64,000 nucleotides of DNA from positions 248,001 to 312,000 of the forward strand of contig LSRY02000056.1 in the NCBI GenBank assembly GCA_001643675.2. Reading direction: 5' to 3'. Positions 45,929-60,412 of this stretch are shown here, piece by piece. A model generated the notes under the pieces. That model was not told the DNA's origin. It saw only the letters and a program-made list of their open reading frames with translations, and searched no databases. The DNA is from Monocercomonoides exilis PA203. Taxonomy: Eukaryota; Protista; Preaxostyla. Each line of letters begins with the position of its first letter. Positions within the stretch are counted from its first letter, which is position 1. Made by a program: the position numbers and the translations under genes.

Positions 45929-48900
45929 TCAAGATTCGTTTATGCGCATAGAAAGAGGAACATCCACAGGGCAGATGATCATCGGAGTGCTGCTCTTTGT
46001 CATGTCACCAATATCACCCGAGGGGGCATTGGGTGATTGGAATGAATACGAATGCAGCTGGTTAATCATTGGTGCGGTTGAGGCTGGAAGTAGAGGAGAA
46101 GGGAAAGGAGACGGAAGAGGAGAACACATTGGAAAGTTCGAATGAGAAAATGAAGAATCAGAAGCTGAATGAGCCGAAGAGCTACCTGCTGGATTTGGAA
46201 GCAATGGATGCTCAATGGAGATGTTTTTGATGATCGGAAGGGTAGACAGTGGCTGAAGAGACGAAGGAGAAGACAAAGTGGAGTTAGAAGCAGAAGAAGC
46301 AGAAGTTGAAGACGAAAGAGGAGAAGATGCAAATGTGGAAGAAGCAAACTTTGCTTGGGGCGATTCGCAATTTGGAGAAGAGGAAGAGGAAGAGGAAGAG
46401 GAAGAAGATAAAGCAAAGGAAGTTCCCATATAATTCGTGGATGATGCAGCATTTGACTGAATGTTTATTAGTTTTTCGAGCTGATCAGCTGAAGACGGGT
46501 ACATTTCAGCTGGCTCTGCTTTGATCCACGAAGAAGAGGAGCGCCGCATAAGTTGTGTGACTTCAAACAGCGACCCGCTCTGCTTTGTGAAGTCAGTCCG
46601 AATTTCGTCTCTTTCTCCCTCGCTGTAATCGTCCCTCTCTCTTCTGCCCTGTTTAATCTCCAATGGAATGCTCCTCTCTTCATTCGTGTCTTCTTCTGTG
46701 CTCAGCTCACACTCTTCGGCAGCGCTTACGCTTTCATTGCTGTCTGCCCTGCTGTTCGTGATGCTTTCATCACATTCCTTTGACACATTCTGCTGTTTGT
46801 GTGGCTGCTCCTCTGACTGCTTAAAATCCACAGGCAGCGTTTTTTGCTTAACATTTGAAAATTTCTCGTTTCCTTCCGAACTTCTGCATTCTCTCTTTGT
46901 TTTATTCTTATCCTGGCTGTGCTGGGCAATCCAATCTACATTGCATGTTTCAGCATTTCGCATCTTCATTCTCTCTTCCTTCAGCCTTTTCTGTCGAAGT
47001 GTGGCTACTTCAACAGACAGATCTTCGTGTGAACTAAGCTCTTCTTCTTCTTCTTCCATGCTTTCTTTTCCGTGCTGGCTGTATGTTGTGGTTGTTGCTC
47101 TTGTAAAATGAGAGAGATAAGACTCAGAAGCAGTACGAGACGATAAACAAGGAGAGGTTGCAGGAGAAGATGGAAGCTGAGGAGCAACATGAGAAGGAGA
47201 AGGGGAAGGAGAAGGAGATTGAGAAGGAGAAGGAAATGGAGAAGGAGAGAGAGGAGGAAGAGTTGATGGAGGAGAAAAAGGAACAGGAGAGGAAGACAGC
47301 GCATTCAGTGGATGGGATGAGAGAAGAAGAGAAGGAGGCTCCAAAGGAGAAGAAATGGAAGCAGGAGCAGCAGAAGAAGAGGTAAAAGATGAAGCAGAAG
47401 AGGAGATTGTGAGAGACAAAGATGACAGAGGAGCACCTGATTGAGACGTCTGCTGCGTTCCTTTTCGATCTTTGGGTGACAAGAACACTTTTTGTAGTTC
47501 AGAAGACAGTGATTGAGATTGTCCCGGAGAAGAGGAAGAGGAAGAGGAAGAAGAAGAAGAAGAAGAAGAAGAAGAAGAAGAGGTTGATGATGCATTGTGA
47601 GAAGATAAACAAATAGGTGATTTAAGCGCCAGACAAGCGGATGTATCTTTTATAAGAGAAGAAGAAGAGCATCTTTGTTCTTTCTGCTCTTTCTGTTCCT
47701 TCTGCTCGCATTGCATGTTTTGAATGTTTTGATAATTATGATTGTTATGCAGACAAAGTGGAGAAATAGCAGGAGGATGTTCCAACGAGCAGCCGTCGCT
47801 GTATTCGATACTGAGTGCAGGTGACGATGGCATAGCAGGCGAGCAGAGCATCGGAGAAAGAGGCTGAGTTGAATGAGAAAGAGGTGTTTGAGCAGAAAGA
47901 GAGGTGTGCGGTGAGTGAATGATGCGTGCTGTGTGTGAATGGAGTGTGTTTTGTGATGTCTGAGGCGTTTGAGACGTTTGAGGCGTCTGAAGTGAATGAG
48001 GTGAGTGAGGTGCTTGAGATGCTTGAGAGGAATGGGGTGAGTTGGGTGAATACGATATCTGGGATGATGTGAGTGTGGCGTGTGTGTTATTTATTGGATG
48101 TTCTGGATCAATGCAGCACTGCCTTGTTACTTTGTCCATTGCTTCTGTTGTTTCTGTTGTTGTTGATGATGCTTTTGCAATTGATTTTTCAACTTCTGTT
48201 TCTTTTACCTCAATTGGAGCAGGCTCCGCAGTTGATTCAGATGGGAAAGGCGACAAAACAGCAAAGCTGGAAGAGACCTCTGAGGCAGAAGGATTTGAAG
48301 CTGGTTGGAGTTTTGAGAGATCAGAAAGAGGAATTACAGGAAGAGGGGTGGATGAGTGTGACAGATCAGAAATGAACAATGGAACAGGAATAGAAGAAGA
48401 TGAAGATGAAGAAGGAACAGAAGAAGAAGCAGAGGATGAAGAATCCAATGAAACAGGAAGAGGAATAGGAAGCTGAGCTTGAGGGTGTGTTTGCTGTTGT
48501 AAGTGACGACTTTCTGAAGGAATTTGAGGATTGAAGGCAGAAACTGAGCCAGCAGGGAAGTACAGCTGAGGAGTTGAGGAGATGCTCTTTGTGGTGACAG
48601 CATGGCTCGAAAAGGCACTGCGAAGGAAGCTTTTGCGATGGAATGAAGAAGAAGAAGAAGAGGAAGAGGAAGATGAAGAATTAACAGAAGAAGAAGAAGA
48701 AGAAGAAGAAGAAGAAGAAGAAGAAGGAGCAGATGTTGTTGTTGTTGTTGTTGTGACGAGAGAAGAAAGCAGTGCCTGTGTGATCAGACGAGGCAGAGGA
48801 ATGTTCCCTCTGGTTGATGAATGCATCTCCTTTGAGGTGAAGACATCACTATTTGTATCAGAATTGGATGTTTTGTTAATTGTGGGATGTGGATGAGAAG

Positions 48901-49120
48901 AAGAAGAAGGAGGAGGAGAAATAGAAGAAGAAGAAGAAGAAGCAGATGAAGATGAAACATTTTGTTCTTGACTATAACTTTGCTGCTGATGTGTTTCATC
49001 AGTGTTCATAATGACTGAAGACAAAGCAGAGTTGATGCTGCTTAAAAGTGTGTGCTTTTGTTCAATTGTTTGACATCTATCATAGCTGACTATATCATTC
49101 AATGGAGAAGAAGAAGAGGT

Positions 49121-49153
<33 letters not shown>

Positions 49154-52100
49154 ACAAGCAAAAGAAGCAGGAATATCATCAGTATTTTGAGTATTCTGTG
49201 GATGAGGCACAATCAATGGAGAAAGAGGAACAAAAGCAGGGGCAAGTGTGTTGGCAGCTTCTTCTAATTTGGTTATACATTCCTTTTTATCAGCAGAAGG
49301 AGAAAGAGGAGAAAGAGGAGAGAGAGAAGAGAGAGGGAAAGAAGCAGGAGAAGGAGAAGGAGAAAGAGAAGAGAGAGAAAAAGAACGAGAAGAAGTAGCA
49401 GAAGCTGATGGAGAAGGAACAGAAGATTGATGTTGAGTGGAAGAAGGCAGAGCAAGAAGAGAATGAGAAGAGAGCAAATGGATGGGAGAAGGGGAAGGTT
49501 CCGAGGGTTTGATGAAAGAAGTGGAAGAAGAAGAAGAAGAGGAGGAGGAGGAAGGTAATGGAGAAGAAGAAGATAATGATGATGAAGAATTTGATGATGA
49601 CGTTGTTATTTTGTTGAAGTTAACAGCTGGAGAACACACAGCAACAGTTGGAGAAGCAGATATTCCAGACAGTTCAGAAGAGAATTGAGGGTTTAGATTT
49701 TGGCAGGCAGAAAGAGGAGAAGCATTTGGAATGAGTTTGTCTTGCTCAGTGAAGGCAGTTGAGGCAGCGTCTGCTATCAACAGAGAAACTGTTGAAGGCT
49801 TGTTCTTCTCTGAGGGAGAGGGAGAGAGTGAAGAAGAAGAGGAAGAAGAAGAGGAGGATGTAATGGCTGAAAGAAAAGATTGAAAAAAAAAGTTGATGAA
49901 TTAAAGATGGTTGCAAAATGATTAGAAAAAAGAGAAAGAGGAAATAATAAAATAAAATAAAATAAAAAAAGAATAAAAATCAAAATAAATTCAACAATAT
50001 TCACATTAATTCCACAAACCCTGTTTGAAAGGTGTCTTTCTTTCATTTGGGAGAGGCAGTGCAGAACAAGCAGCAGTTTCTATGAGATGAGACACAGGGA
50101 AAGAAGGGAGAGGAAGAGGAGTGCCATCAAAAGAGGTGTAACTGACTGAACGAGAAGAAAATAAGGAAGAAGAAGAAGAAGAGGAGGAAGAAGAGGAAGA
50201 AGAAGAAGATGATGAAGCAAAAGAAGGAGGGGCAGGAACAGGAGAAAGCAAGCTGTGCGAACAAAATGAGGAAGAAAAGGGATTCATCGCAAAAGAAGGA
50301 AGAGGAGTTGAAGAAGAAGAAGAAGAAGATGATGATGATGATGAAGCAGAAGAGGAAGCAGAAGAGTTAATAGCAGAAGCTGCATTAATAGAAGCATTAT
50401 TAGCAGAATTTGCAGTGTTTTGCTCTTTCGCTGATGCAAACCTCACAACTGGATGAAAAGGGCACTTGGACTTGGCAAAGGAAGAAGGGCGGAAGAGAGA
50501 AAAAGAAGTTGTTGTGGCTGAACGACGGGAAAGAAGAGGAAATTGGTTTTGAGCTGAGACAGAAGAAGAAGAGGAAGAAGAGGAAGAAGCAGAAGAAGAA
50601 GCAGCAGCTGCTGCAACAGGCACAGAAACAGGTGCAGTAGCAAAAGAGCAGCCAGAAGAAGAGAAAGAAGGAGAAGATTCGGGTGAGCGAGAAGGAGAGC
50701 GGCCGCTGAGTTGCGGAATATTTGGAGACCAAGAGCCAAAGGAAACAGAGCGGTTGAGCACAGGGGGATGGGGGTGAGGAGAAGAGAGAGGGGAATGAAG
50801 AGGAGAAGCAAAATGGGAAGGATGGTTGGGAAGAGGAAAAGAAGTGGAAGAGGAAGAAGAAGAAGAAGAGGAGGAGGAGGAGAAAGGAGGAGGAGAAGAA
50901 GATGCAAACGGAGTGTGCATAGACAGAAAACAAGCTTTTGCAGCACATCCAATGTTGTCTTCGCTGTTTTGCAGGCGATTCATTGGCAGCTCATTCAGCA
51001 CCGTCATCGGCCTCAGCAGAATTCTCTCGTTTTCAAATGCTCCTTCTCTTTCTCCTTCTCCTCTCCCTTCTCCTTCTCCTCCATTTCCCCCTGTGAGTCT
51101 TGAATTCCCCCTCTTCCCCCACATAACAGAGTCCAAGTCAATCGACACATCGCAATTGACTCCTCTCTCTTCTCCTGCACATGTCTTCCCAAACCGGCTG
51201 AACGCCCTTTTCGCCTTCTTCTTCTTCTTCTTCGGCTTTTTGTAGTCTTCTGTACTTGTTCTCTTTCCATTTAGATGTCCCCTTTCATCATCGTCATATT
51301 CATTGTCATACTCATCATATTCATCATCGTCATCGTCATCATCTTTTAATACTTCTATCCTTCTTTTCTGCCTCTCTTTTCTCAAATAGCTCGTCTGCAC
51401 CTGCGTTTTAGCCACTGCTTGCTTCATTCTCGTCTTCCTTTGCGCTTTCTGCCTTTCTTCTGCAGCAAATTGTGGCTGATGTGTTGATTTCGATGCAAAA
51501 CGAGAAGAATGATTTGTTCTCCCTCTATTTTCTCTGACACATTTGCTTGATTCCTCTTCATTGTGTCGATGCTCTTTCTCTCTCTGCTCTTCAAACGTGT
51601 GTTTATTATTCTTATCTTTCTCTATTTTTTTTCTCTCACTGCTTTCTTTGTATTCCCTCTCATGTATCCTTTTCTCCTTCATCCTCAAATACTCTTCATG
51701 CACATCTTGTTTATCATGTTTGTCGTATCCACTCTCACTTTCATCTGACTCTTTCGCTATTTTTGTTCCATTCTTTGTCTTTCTATCAATTTCCTTTGGT
51801 CTTTTTCTTTCTTTTTCATTTGAAGACAAACTATTTGAATATTCATTGTAATCTTTTGCTTTTTCTCTTCCTTTCATATTTCTTTTCTTTTCGCTTCTCT
51901 CACTGTAATCTCTGCTTCTTCCTTCATCTTCTTCCTTCTCATCTTCCTCTTCCTTTCTACTTCTATCCAACTCACTTTCACTAAAACACTCTTCTTTCTC
52001 TCTCCTTTTCGCTTCTCTTTCTTTCTCTCTCTTTGCTCCTCCGCTCTTCTTTGTCTTCTGCTGCTGCTTCGGCACCAGCAGCGCCATCAGCTCTTCTGTG

Positions 52101-53878
52101 TCTCCTTCCTCCACACTCACCGACCTCCTCTCTCTTCTCTTCTTTTTTCCCCTCCTTTCTGAACAGTCAAAACTCCGACTTCTGCTTCGACTTCGACTTC
52201 TGCTTCGGTTTCTGCTTTTGCTCCGATAAATCTCTTTCTTCTGCCTCTGCTCTTTTGCATAGCTCGAGCTTTTTGATCTCTCCCAGCTTCTGCTCTTATT
52301 CCTCCTCTTTTTGTTTGTTTCTCTCTCATTCCTGAATCTTCCTCCAGATGCACTAAATTCCTCTGTCCTTTTATCAATCTTCCAACGCACCACATCTCCT
52401 TTCCTTTTTTTCCCTGCCTCTCTTTCAGCTGCCTCTTCCATCGGCTGGCTCATCCGCACTGCCATCATCTCAGCTTCTTCTGCAATTTTGTCCTTCTTCA
52501 TGTTTTTTGACAGGTCAAACATGTCAAAATTGTCTCCCATTTTCAGCTTCACTCGCTTTCTTGGCTTGGAATACTGCATATTCCTCTGCGACGATGCAAA
52601 AGACGGACGTTCCGAAGACAAAGAAGGAGAAGAAGAATGATAACGCTGTTGCTTGCGAGGCAAGCGATTCATTTCTTTCTTCTTAAATGAATGAGATGCA
52701 GATTCTGTGTGTTGTTCAAAGTTTTTGCGAGAATATTTCGGCTGTTTCATTTTTGTATGTTCTTTTAAATTCTCCTGTGTGGATGACTGCCCTGTGTAGC
52801 GTGTTTCCATCATGTTTGACTGCATCAGAAGCTGTCTGCGAAGAGGCACTGTGCGGAGAGAAGGTATCGACCAGTCATAAATCGAGTCAAATTCGAACCC
52901 TTCTCTGACGAAGAGATCGCGGAAGAGCGAGTGCAAATGAGCATAATCGGGCTTTGCATCAAAGCGGAGATCTATTATTTGACATGAGATGAAGGTGAAC
53001 AAATGAAAGAAAGTGATTTGAAATGTGTGAAATATTAAAAATTTATTCAAAACAAAGAATTTTACAAAATCTTGAATACCTCTGATGTATTGGAGATATG
53101 TGCAAAACTCAGAAGGAAGGCCTTTGCACAATGTTTCAAGCGGTATTCCCATTTTCATGTCACCTATTTTGACATGGCGTTCTGAACGTGTCCTCCCCTT
53201 AACTCCCATCCATGGAAGCTCTCCTGTCAAAAAATATACAAACATATATCCAAGTGATTCTAAGTCATCTCGTCGTCCCTGTTCAATTCCAATGTGGGTA
53301 TTTACACTCGCATATCTAACAGTTCCAACAATTCCTTTAAGTTCCCGATACGGAATGTGCTGGTGAGTCCTGGCGTCTCGATATCTCTTTGCCAGTCCAA
53401 GATCAATCATATAAATAATGTGCTCATGATTATCATGCCCTATCAAGAAGTTATCCGGTTTTATATCTCTATGAAGAAAGTCATTTGAGTGAAGAGTTTC
53501 AACTCGTGACAACAGCTGCTCTGCAAGCATTAATGTTGTTTTCAAAGTAAACTTCCTGCCACATTTAGTAAATACTTCTTCCAGGCTATGACCAAGTAAT
53601 TCCATAATCATTATATTATATTCTCCTTCTTGTCCATACCACATGACACGAGGTATTCCAGTAGCTCCTTGAAGAGCACGATAAACAGTAAACTCGGTGT
53701 ATAATTGTCCATGCTTGTTTTTTGCTTTCTCTATCTTTGCAGCAACTTCTTCACCACTTGTTATAGATATTCCTTTAAATATTTGTCCAAAAGCTCCTGA
53801 CCCTACTTTACGATGGATGAAAATGCGATATGCTTTGAATACAATCCAATCTTCACCTTTATTGGCTGCATCTTGCAT
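45929..53878 (-). CDS. Casein kinase 1 family kinase with a basic/Ser-Pro-rich tail of about 2,250 aa (about 2,560 aa total); introns 53079-52972 and 50019-49867
   Basis: Motifs: GSGAFG, AAKIE, MELLGHSLE, HRDIKPDNFL, IDLGLAKRY, HIPYRE, GTVRYASVN and RRDDLESLGY. The second intron joins the 50006 and 45929 ORFs in frame. Confidence 0.9.
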
Positions 53879-54072
53879 TTTTGCCAAAGCAGCAATTTTT
53901 CAATACTTTTAATATAAAAACAGCTGCAATTAACTCGCCTACACCTCAGAAAATTAAAGAATTAAAACTCCTTTTGATCAATTACCATTTTTATTTATCA
54001 AAATTTTGTATTTATTTTTGTCAGTTAAATTTCACTATATATTGAATTAACAACGAGAAATAAATTCGAAAT

Positions 54073-57000
54073 ATGGATTTACAACTTTCAGAAGAGGAAC
54101 AAGATAGAAAAGGTTATATCAAAAAGAATTATTTAGTCAATGCTGTTGATATCATATTTTCTTTTATGGATATTACGATTGGCAGGTGTACTGGAATATG
54201 CCGAATACATAGGAATAAAATCCGTAGATCCAGATCTTTATTGGATTGTTGATGAAGGATTTCATGCGCCATTGCCAGATGGATGGTCTGAAGAGTTTGA
54301 AAAAATCTAAAAAAAATTAAATTTATATTTTTTCACTAATAAATACGTTTTATTGTTAGAGAAACAGAAGCTCATGTTGCGTATTATTTTAACGTCAAAA
54401 CAGGAGAAAGTTCTTGGGATCATCCCCTCGACAATTACTATAGAACATTATATCAAACCAAGCTTAATGAAAAAATGGCAAATTCTTCATCAAATTTACA
54501 GTTTCATCTTTCAAGCAACAAGGAAGTGAATCCAAATCAAACGCCTACCCACAATTCATTCGAAAACGATCAAGATGACTTTTCTTCATCTGATGAAAGA
54601 AGTTTATCACCAAAAGCATCTGAGGATTCTTTGTTTAATAATTCGACAAAATCTCAAGAAAATTCAAAAGAACCTGATTTGCTGGGCGAAAAACAAAAAG
54701 ATATTGCATCTCAGGATCCTTCAATTAATTCTAACTCTTATGAGTCAGATAAGATTTTGGAAGATAGTTTGAGGCAGAAATTTGAAGAAACTTATGTTGA
54801 CTTCATTAGTAATAGCGCAAATGACATTTCAGATAAAAAAGACATAATGGAGACCGACCTTGAAAACGAAGAATTGAGAAGTGTTTATGAAAAAAGAATT
54901 GATAAAAATGTTGAACGACTTTCAATTGGAGAAAAGGAAAGCAAAAGTGACAAGATTGAATTGAAAGACGAAGATATTGAAAAAAACAAGGGGGTTATCT
55001 CAGAAAAACAACTAACAACTTTGCAGCAATATGAAAAAAAAGCAGATCTGCAAAAAGACGATGAAGAACCTGAGGAGATAGAAGAAATTTCGAAAAAATA
55101 CGAAGATTTCGGAAAGCTTATGAAGGAAAGTGAAGATGAACAAAAGACAAAAGAAAAGGAAGAAACTCAGAAAACGAAAGCAAAGGGAAATGAAATAAGC
55201 CATGAAGACTTCCGAAATACAGAGAAAGAAGATGATTCTGAAGAAATGGAGGAACCTACAAGTGAAACAAAAAGAGCACAATTTGAGAAGGAATTAGAAG
55301 AGCAACAAGAAATGCTCGAGGAATTGCATCGGAGCTGCAGAAGAGCACAAGCAGAGCTTGATGAGCACAAAAAAGAAATAGGAGAATTGAAAGAGGAGAA
55401 AACAGCTGTTGAAATGGATTTGAAGGCAAAAGAAAGAAAAGTTGATGAAATGAATGTTCGTATGAAAGAATTGGCTGCTCAAGAACAGCTTTTTCTGCAA
55501 CAGCAAAAAGAGAGGGAACGAGAAAAAGAAGAAGAGAGTCACAATGACAAAGTTATGAATACAACCAAAAAAGCTGTTGAGAAACAAGAAGAAGAATTGA
55601 ATCAAATGAGGCAAGAAATTGAGAGCAAAAGAAGACAACTGGAAGAAGAGATGGAACAGTTTGAAACAGAAAAGGAAAAATTATCATTAGAAAAGGAAAA
55701 TTTACAAAGAGAGATCAAAAGACTGGAGGAAGAATGTGCAAGAATGAAAGAAGAATCGACAAAGGAAATAAATGAAGAAATAAAACAGCTGAGTACAGAG
55801 AAAGAGGAAATGGAAGAAGAAAAGAAGAAAATAAAAGATGAAATCAAAAAATTGGGTGAACAATTGGAATTTTTAACTGTTGAATTCAGACAAAAGCAAA
55901 CAGATGTAAAGAAAGAGGAAAGCATTTTGAAGAATTTCAAAGAAGAAATAGCAGAAAGAAGAAAAGAACTGAATCGGATTGAAAAAGAATGTAATGAAAA
56001 GCAACAAGCAGCAGATTCTGTTCAAAGGAGATATGACGAATTGAATGAAGAAATCAAACAAAAAGAGGAAGAAAACGAAGAAGTCGCAAAATTGACAAAA
56101 CAAAAGAGGGAAATGAAGCAACAAATTGAATCACTCCAGCAAACAATTGAAGAACTGGAAGTGGCAATAAAAGATAAGAATGCTGACAAAGAAAAAGCGG
56201 AAGAAGAAACAAAAACAATTTTCGACAAAAACGAAAAAGCAGAAAAAATGTGGAAAGATCGTCTGAAGCAATCAGAAGCAGAACAAGAAGAGCTGAAAAA
56301 GGATTTGGAGAGATTAACTTTGAAAGTGCAAGAAGAAGAAGAGGAAGAGGAGAGAACGAAAGCAGAAGTTGAACAGCTGCGAGGGAAAAAGGGTAAGTTA
56401 GAGGAAGCAGTGAAACAACTCAAAGAAGAAGAAGAAGAAATCAGAAGAAGAATCAAAGAAGAAGAAACGAAATTGGAAGAATTAGAAGAATTTCAAAAAG
56501 CCAAAAAATCTGAAATATCAGAAGAGAATGATGAAATTCAGCATAAATCCCAACAAGCAAAAAGAAAGCAAACGAAGAGCAAACAACTTAAAAGCCCTGC
56601 TCAAAGAAAATCCAAATCCAACACTGATTTTGATGAAAACAGCGAGTCAGTTGAAGATAAAGAGACTTCTGGCCCATCAGCAGTTATGCCATTGACAAGT
56701 TCTTCTCGATCGTCCTCTGCTCATTCACATCATTCGCCTCGCTCCTCTTCTTCTCCTTCTTCTCCTTCTTCTCCATCTTCTCCATCTTCTTGTTCCTTAT
56801 CTGATTCTTTGTCACCAGCACACACTCGCCGAAGGCACAGCTACTCTCATCAACAGCATCACAACCAGCATCACAAACATCGACACACACCAATACAGAA
56901 ACGTTCGTCTGAAACAAAAAAGGAAGAGAAAAGAAGAAAGCAAAAATCTCACACTCCATCATCTTCTCGCGAATCTTCGCAACACCAGCACTTTTCTCTC

Positions 57001-58620
57001 ACCCAAACTATGCCATCGCTTCATCAGTCAAATTTCTCTTCTTCCACTTCTTCTAATTCCACCACCTCCTCTTCTTCATCATTGATTTCTTCGCCATTGC
57101 CCTCCTCGTCTGCAACCGCTCCTGTCTCTTCGCATTCACCACTTCATTATCCCTCTGCATCTCAGCCATCTTCCTCGTCATCTGCTCTTGTTTTGTCTCC
57201 TTCTCTTTCACAGACAGCAACATCACCCATGCAAGCACTTCAACCTCAGACTGCCCTCCTTTCCTCTCCTCAACAAACAGCATATCCTCAACAATCTCCA
57301 CCGGTTGCAAACATTCAAGATCTCCTCTCATCTCGCCAGATCATTCCATTTATCCCTGTCACTTCACCATCTTACACAGCATCTCCTTTTCCTTCGCCTT
57401 TCCCTTTTTCTTCTGCCAGCACTCCACATCAGCCACTCACTTCATTTACTTCTACTCAATCACCATCTTTGCCTGTTTCTTCTACCTCTTCTTCTTCCTC
57501 TTTATCATCATCATCATCACCTCTTTCTTCTTCCTCTTCTTCCTCATCTTCTGTAACTCCTTCAGCAGCTTCGTCTTCGTCTTCGTCTTCCCACAATTCA
57601 CAACACGAAGCAACTCCATTTGCTGCTCTTTTCAAAGAAGCGAGTGAGATTGAAGAAGTCGAGTCGTCACTTGCAGAAGAGCGCCGCAGGATACGCCGAT
57701 GGAGAAGCGATCTTCTGAAACAGCGTTTTGAATGGAGGAAGAAAAAGAACGAGTCGAAGAAAGAGGCAAACAGCGAGGCCCGAATGGAGCTGGATGAAGA
57801 GAAGAAAGTGCTGGAGCAGGATGCTTCTCTTCTGAACGAGGCAATCCATCGCTTGGAGCAGACGCAGGCGCTGCTGTCCACACGAAGGCAGCAGCTGAGC
57901 CATTCCGTCGCTCTTCTGCAGGGAATGCACATCACACTTCCAGAGGCACTTGTGGAGATCAGAGCAAAAGAGGAAGCAAAAGCAGAAGCAAAAGCAGCGA
58001 AAAGAGCGCAGATAAAGAGCGATAGGAACGAGAAATGCAATGAACAAGAAGATTATCCACGGAGTGGGTCAACATCTCGCACTAAATCCCTATCTTCAAC
58101 AGCTGAGGCACATTCAACAAGGCAAAAAGGAACAAGAGACAGACGAAGCAGCCTTTCTGTTTCATCTAAACGAGGAGCATCCACGTCTCCATTGCCGTCT
58201 CTGAGATCCACTTCTTCAAGTACTGATTATCCAAAAAGCAAGAGCCAAAACCAAAACAAAAGCAGAAGTAAAGAATCAACAGACGAGCAGATTTCACAGC
58301 TTGTTCAAACACTCAATGCGAAAATCGATGCTCTTATGAGCAAAGCTTCAACTACCCCAAATTCTGCTTTGCAGCACGCGACAACAACAAAACGAGGGAA
58401 ATCTTCGAATAAACGCGAACAACGGAGCAAACGGAGTGCTTCTCCGATTCATTCACTTGAGCGTCAAATGTCTGAAATCAAAAAAGCATCGCATGCAGTT
58501 CAGAAGCTTAGACAGCAGAGTAAATTGCTCCAGCAGCAGCAAGAAGAACAGCAAGACATATTGATGATGATGATGACTGCTAGAGAAGAACCATTGAGAA
58601 GGAATGATCTTTTGTCCTAA
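54073..58620 (+). CDS. CEP164: CEP164-like centriolar distal-appendage protein (WW domain plus coiled coil), 3 exons
   Basis: The spliced N-terminus VLEYAEYIGI...PDLYWIVDEGFHAPLPDGW...YYFNVKTGESSWDHPLDNYYRTLY is the CEP164 N-terminal helical+WW signature. A long E/K coiled coil follows. Confidence 0.82.
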
Positions 58621-58887
58621 CAGCAGCTAGCATATGCATTTGATTATTCCGTTTTTTTATCTAAAATTTTTTATTTCTTTAAAAAAAAAATTATCAGTTT
58701 TTATTTCAAATGCAGTTGTGTTGATGCGACTTATAGACATTCTTTGAGAGAAATTTATACCATTAATTTAATAAAAAAAGAAATTGCTTTGCGATTAGTT
58801 GATATTGTTAAAAGAATATCAATAAACAGATTTCTAACATAAACTTGAATTATTGGGAAAGATCAATTTATAAGTTAATAGATCGAA

Positions 58888-60079
58888 ATGTCTGAAAATA
58901 GACCACTTCCAGAAGGTATTTAAAAAATATTTGAAACGTAAGCTATCTGTTATTTGAATTTTTTTGTTTGGAAACGCGCAGGCTGGTTTTCAAGTGTTGA
59001 TCCCTCATCAGGTTTGATCCTTTCACCATTGTAATGCATATCATTTTTTCTAAATATTTGTAACATGTTTCATGATTAGGGCAAACATATTATTATCAAG
59101 GTTTGCAAACAAAAATTGTTAATTTCACATTAAAAGGAACTTGTCAATTGTTTGTCAGATGGAGGAGAGCCCCAATGGAATTTTCCTGGGGATCCAGCTC
59201 CTGAGGAAGCTGCAAACGTTGGTGAACAAGTAACAGAACCGATTGTTCCAGAAGCAAAACAGGAACCGGTTGTGGCTGAACCTGTTCCAGAGGCTGTGGT
59301 TCAAGCTCAACCAATGACTGGTGGATCTGGTGGTTCAGGCGGTAAAGCTGCAACTGGTGGCTTGCTTTCAGTTGCGCTCTTTCCATTTACTGGAATGATT
59401 CCACTCTTAATCTGGATTATTTGTCATGCTGCCCTTGCTCTTATGGAGATAATTTCTGGATTTTGTTCACTTGGACAATATTACCAGATTACAAAACGCG
59501 ATGTTTTACCAGTTGAAAAGAAATCTGGACTCCTTGCTGCGTTTCTCATTGTTGATGGATTTGTAATTGCAATTGATTGCGTTACACATCTTCTTTTAAT
59601 GGTTAAGCCAGCAAAGCGGATGCTAAACAATCCTCCAAGTATTGAGCAACTGAAAATGATTCCATTTGCAAATGGAAATATATTCTTCCCTGGAGAATCA
59701 TCAGAAAAAACGCAATTTATCATTCGAATGATCATAATGTTAGTTATAAGAGTATTTCAATTTATATGGCTAATAGTTGGAACATTTGATGCAACATTAA
59801 GATGCTATTACGTGTGTTGCTGTTAATTTAATTATGCTTGTTCAAATTATTATGTCATTGCTTTATTTGTTAATGCTATGTGTTTGATTTAAACAGATTT
59901 ATTTATATAAAACTATTGGTGGAGAAAAGATACCGTACCAATCACTTTTTGCAAATGGAACAAAAGTATTTGCCGCAGTCGCAATTGCGATAGGATGGTT
60001 TTCTGTTGGGGCACAAGCTTTATATTTGTTAGTTGCACACCAAGTTAAACGTCATTTTGTTTCATCTACCGCGAAGTAA
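58888..60079 (+). CDS. WW-domain four-TM membrane protein, 5 exons
   Basis: Exons 58888-58915, 58982-59011, 59080-59100, 59159-59811 and 59897-60079 give PLPEGWFSSVDPSSGQTYYYQDGGEPQWNFP followed by four hydrophobic helices. Confidence 0.8.
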
Positions 60080-60412
60080 ATTTTTGATTTTTTCTTTTTT
60101 TTATTGAATTATACATAATTAAGCAAAAGATGAAGATGATGTTTTTGATGTTGATATGGAGGATATATTCGTTATTACAGAAAGTCTATATTCCTTATAT
60201 TTTTCTTTTTTCGTTAAAATGTCGTGCCGTACATTCTTTTTTATTTTTACTCTCATTATCTTCAAATGATCCTTTTGATCAATTCTCAAAATTAATTTGC
60301 TTTTCTACACAATCGTCAAATCTTTTTTTGTTTCGCTAAAAGTCTATTCTTTTCACTTTTCACTTGCTTTTAATCATATCATCTCTCTTTGAGGCCGAAG
60401 AGATTTGTTTTG

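Noticed and set aside
14519-53079. Five predicted stop-free introns of length 3n (33, 51, 48, 69 and 108 nt)
   Set aside because: Out of roughly 35-40 short introns this is about the chance expectation, so it is no evidence for regulated retention.
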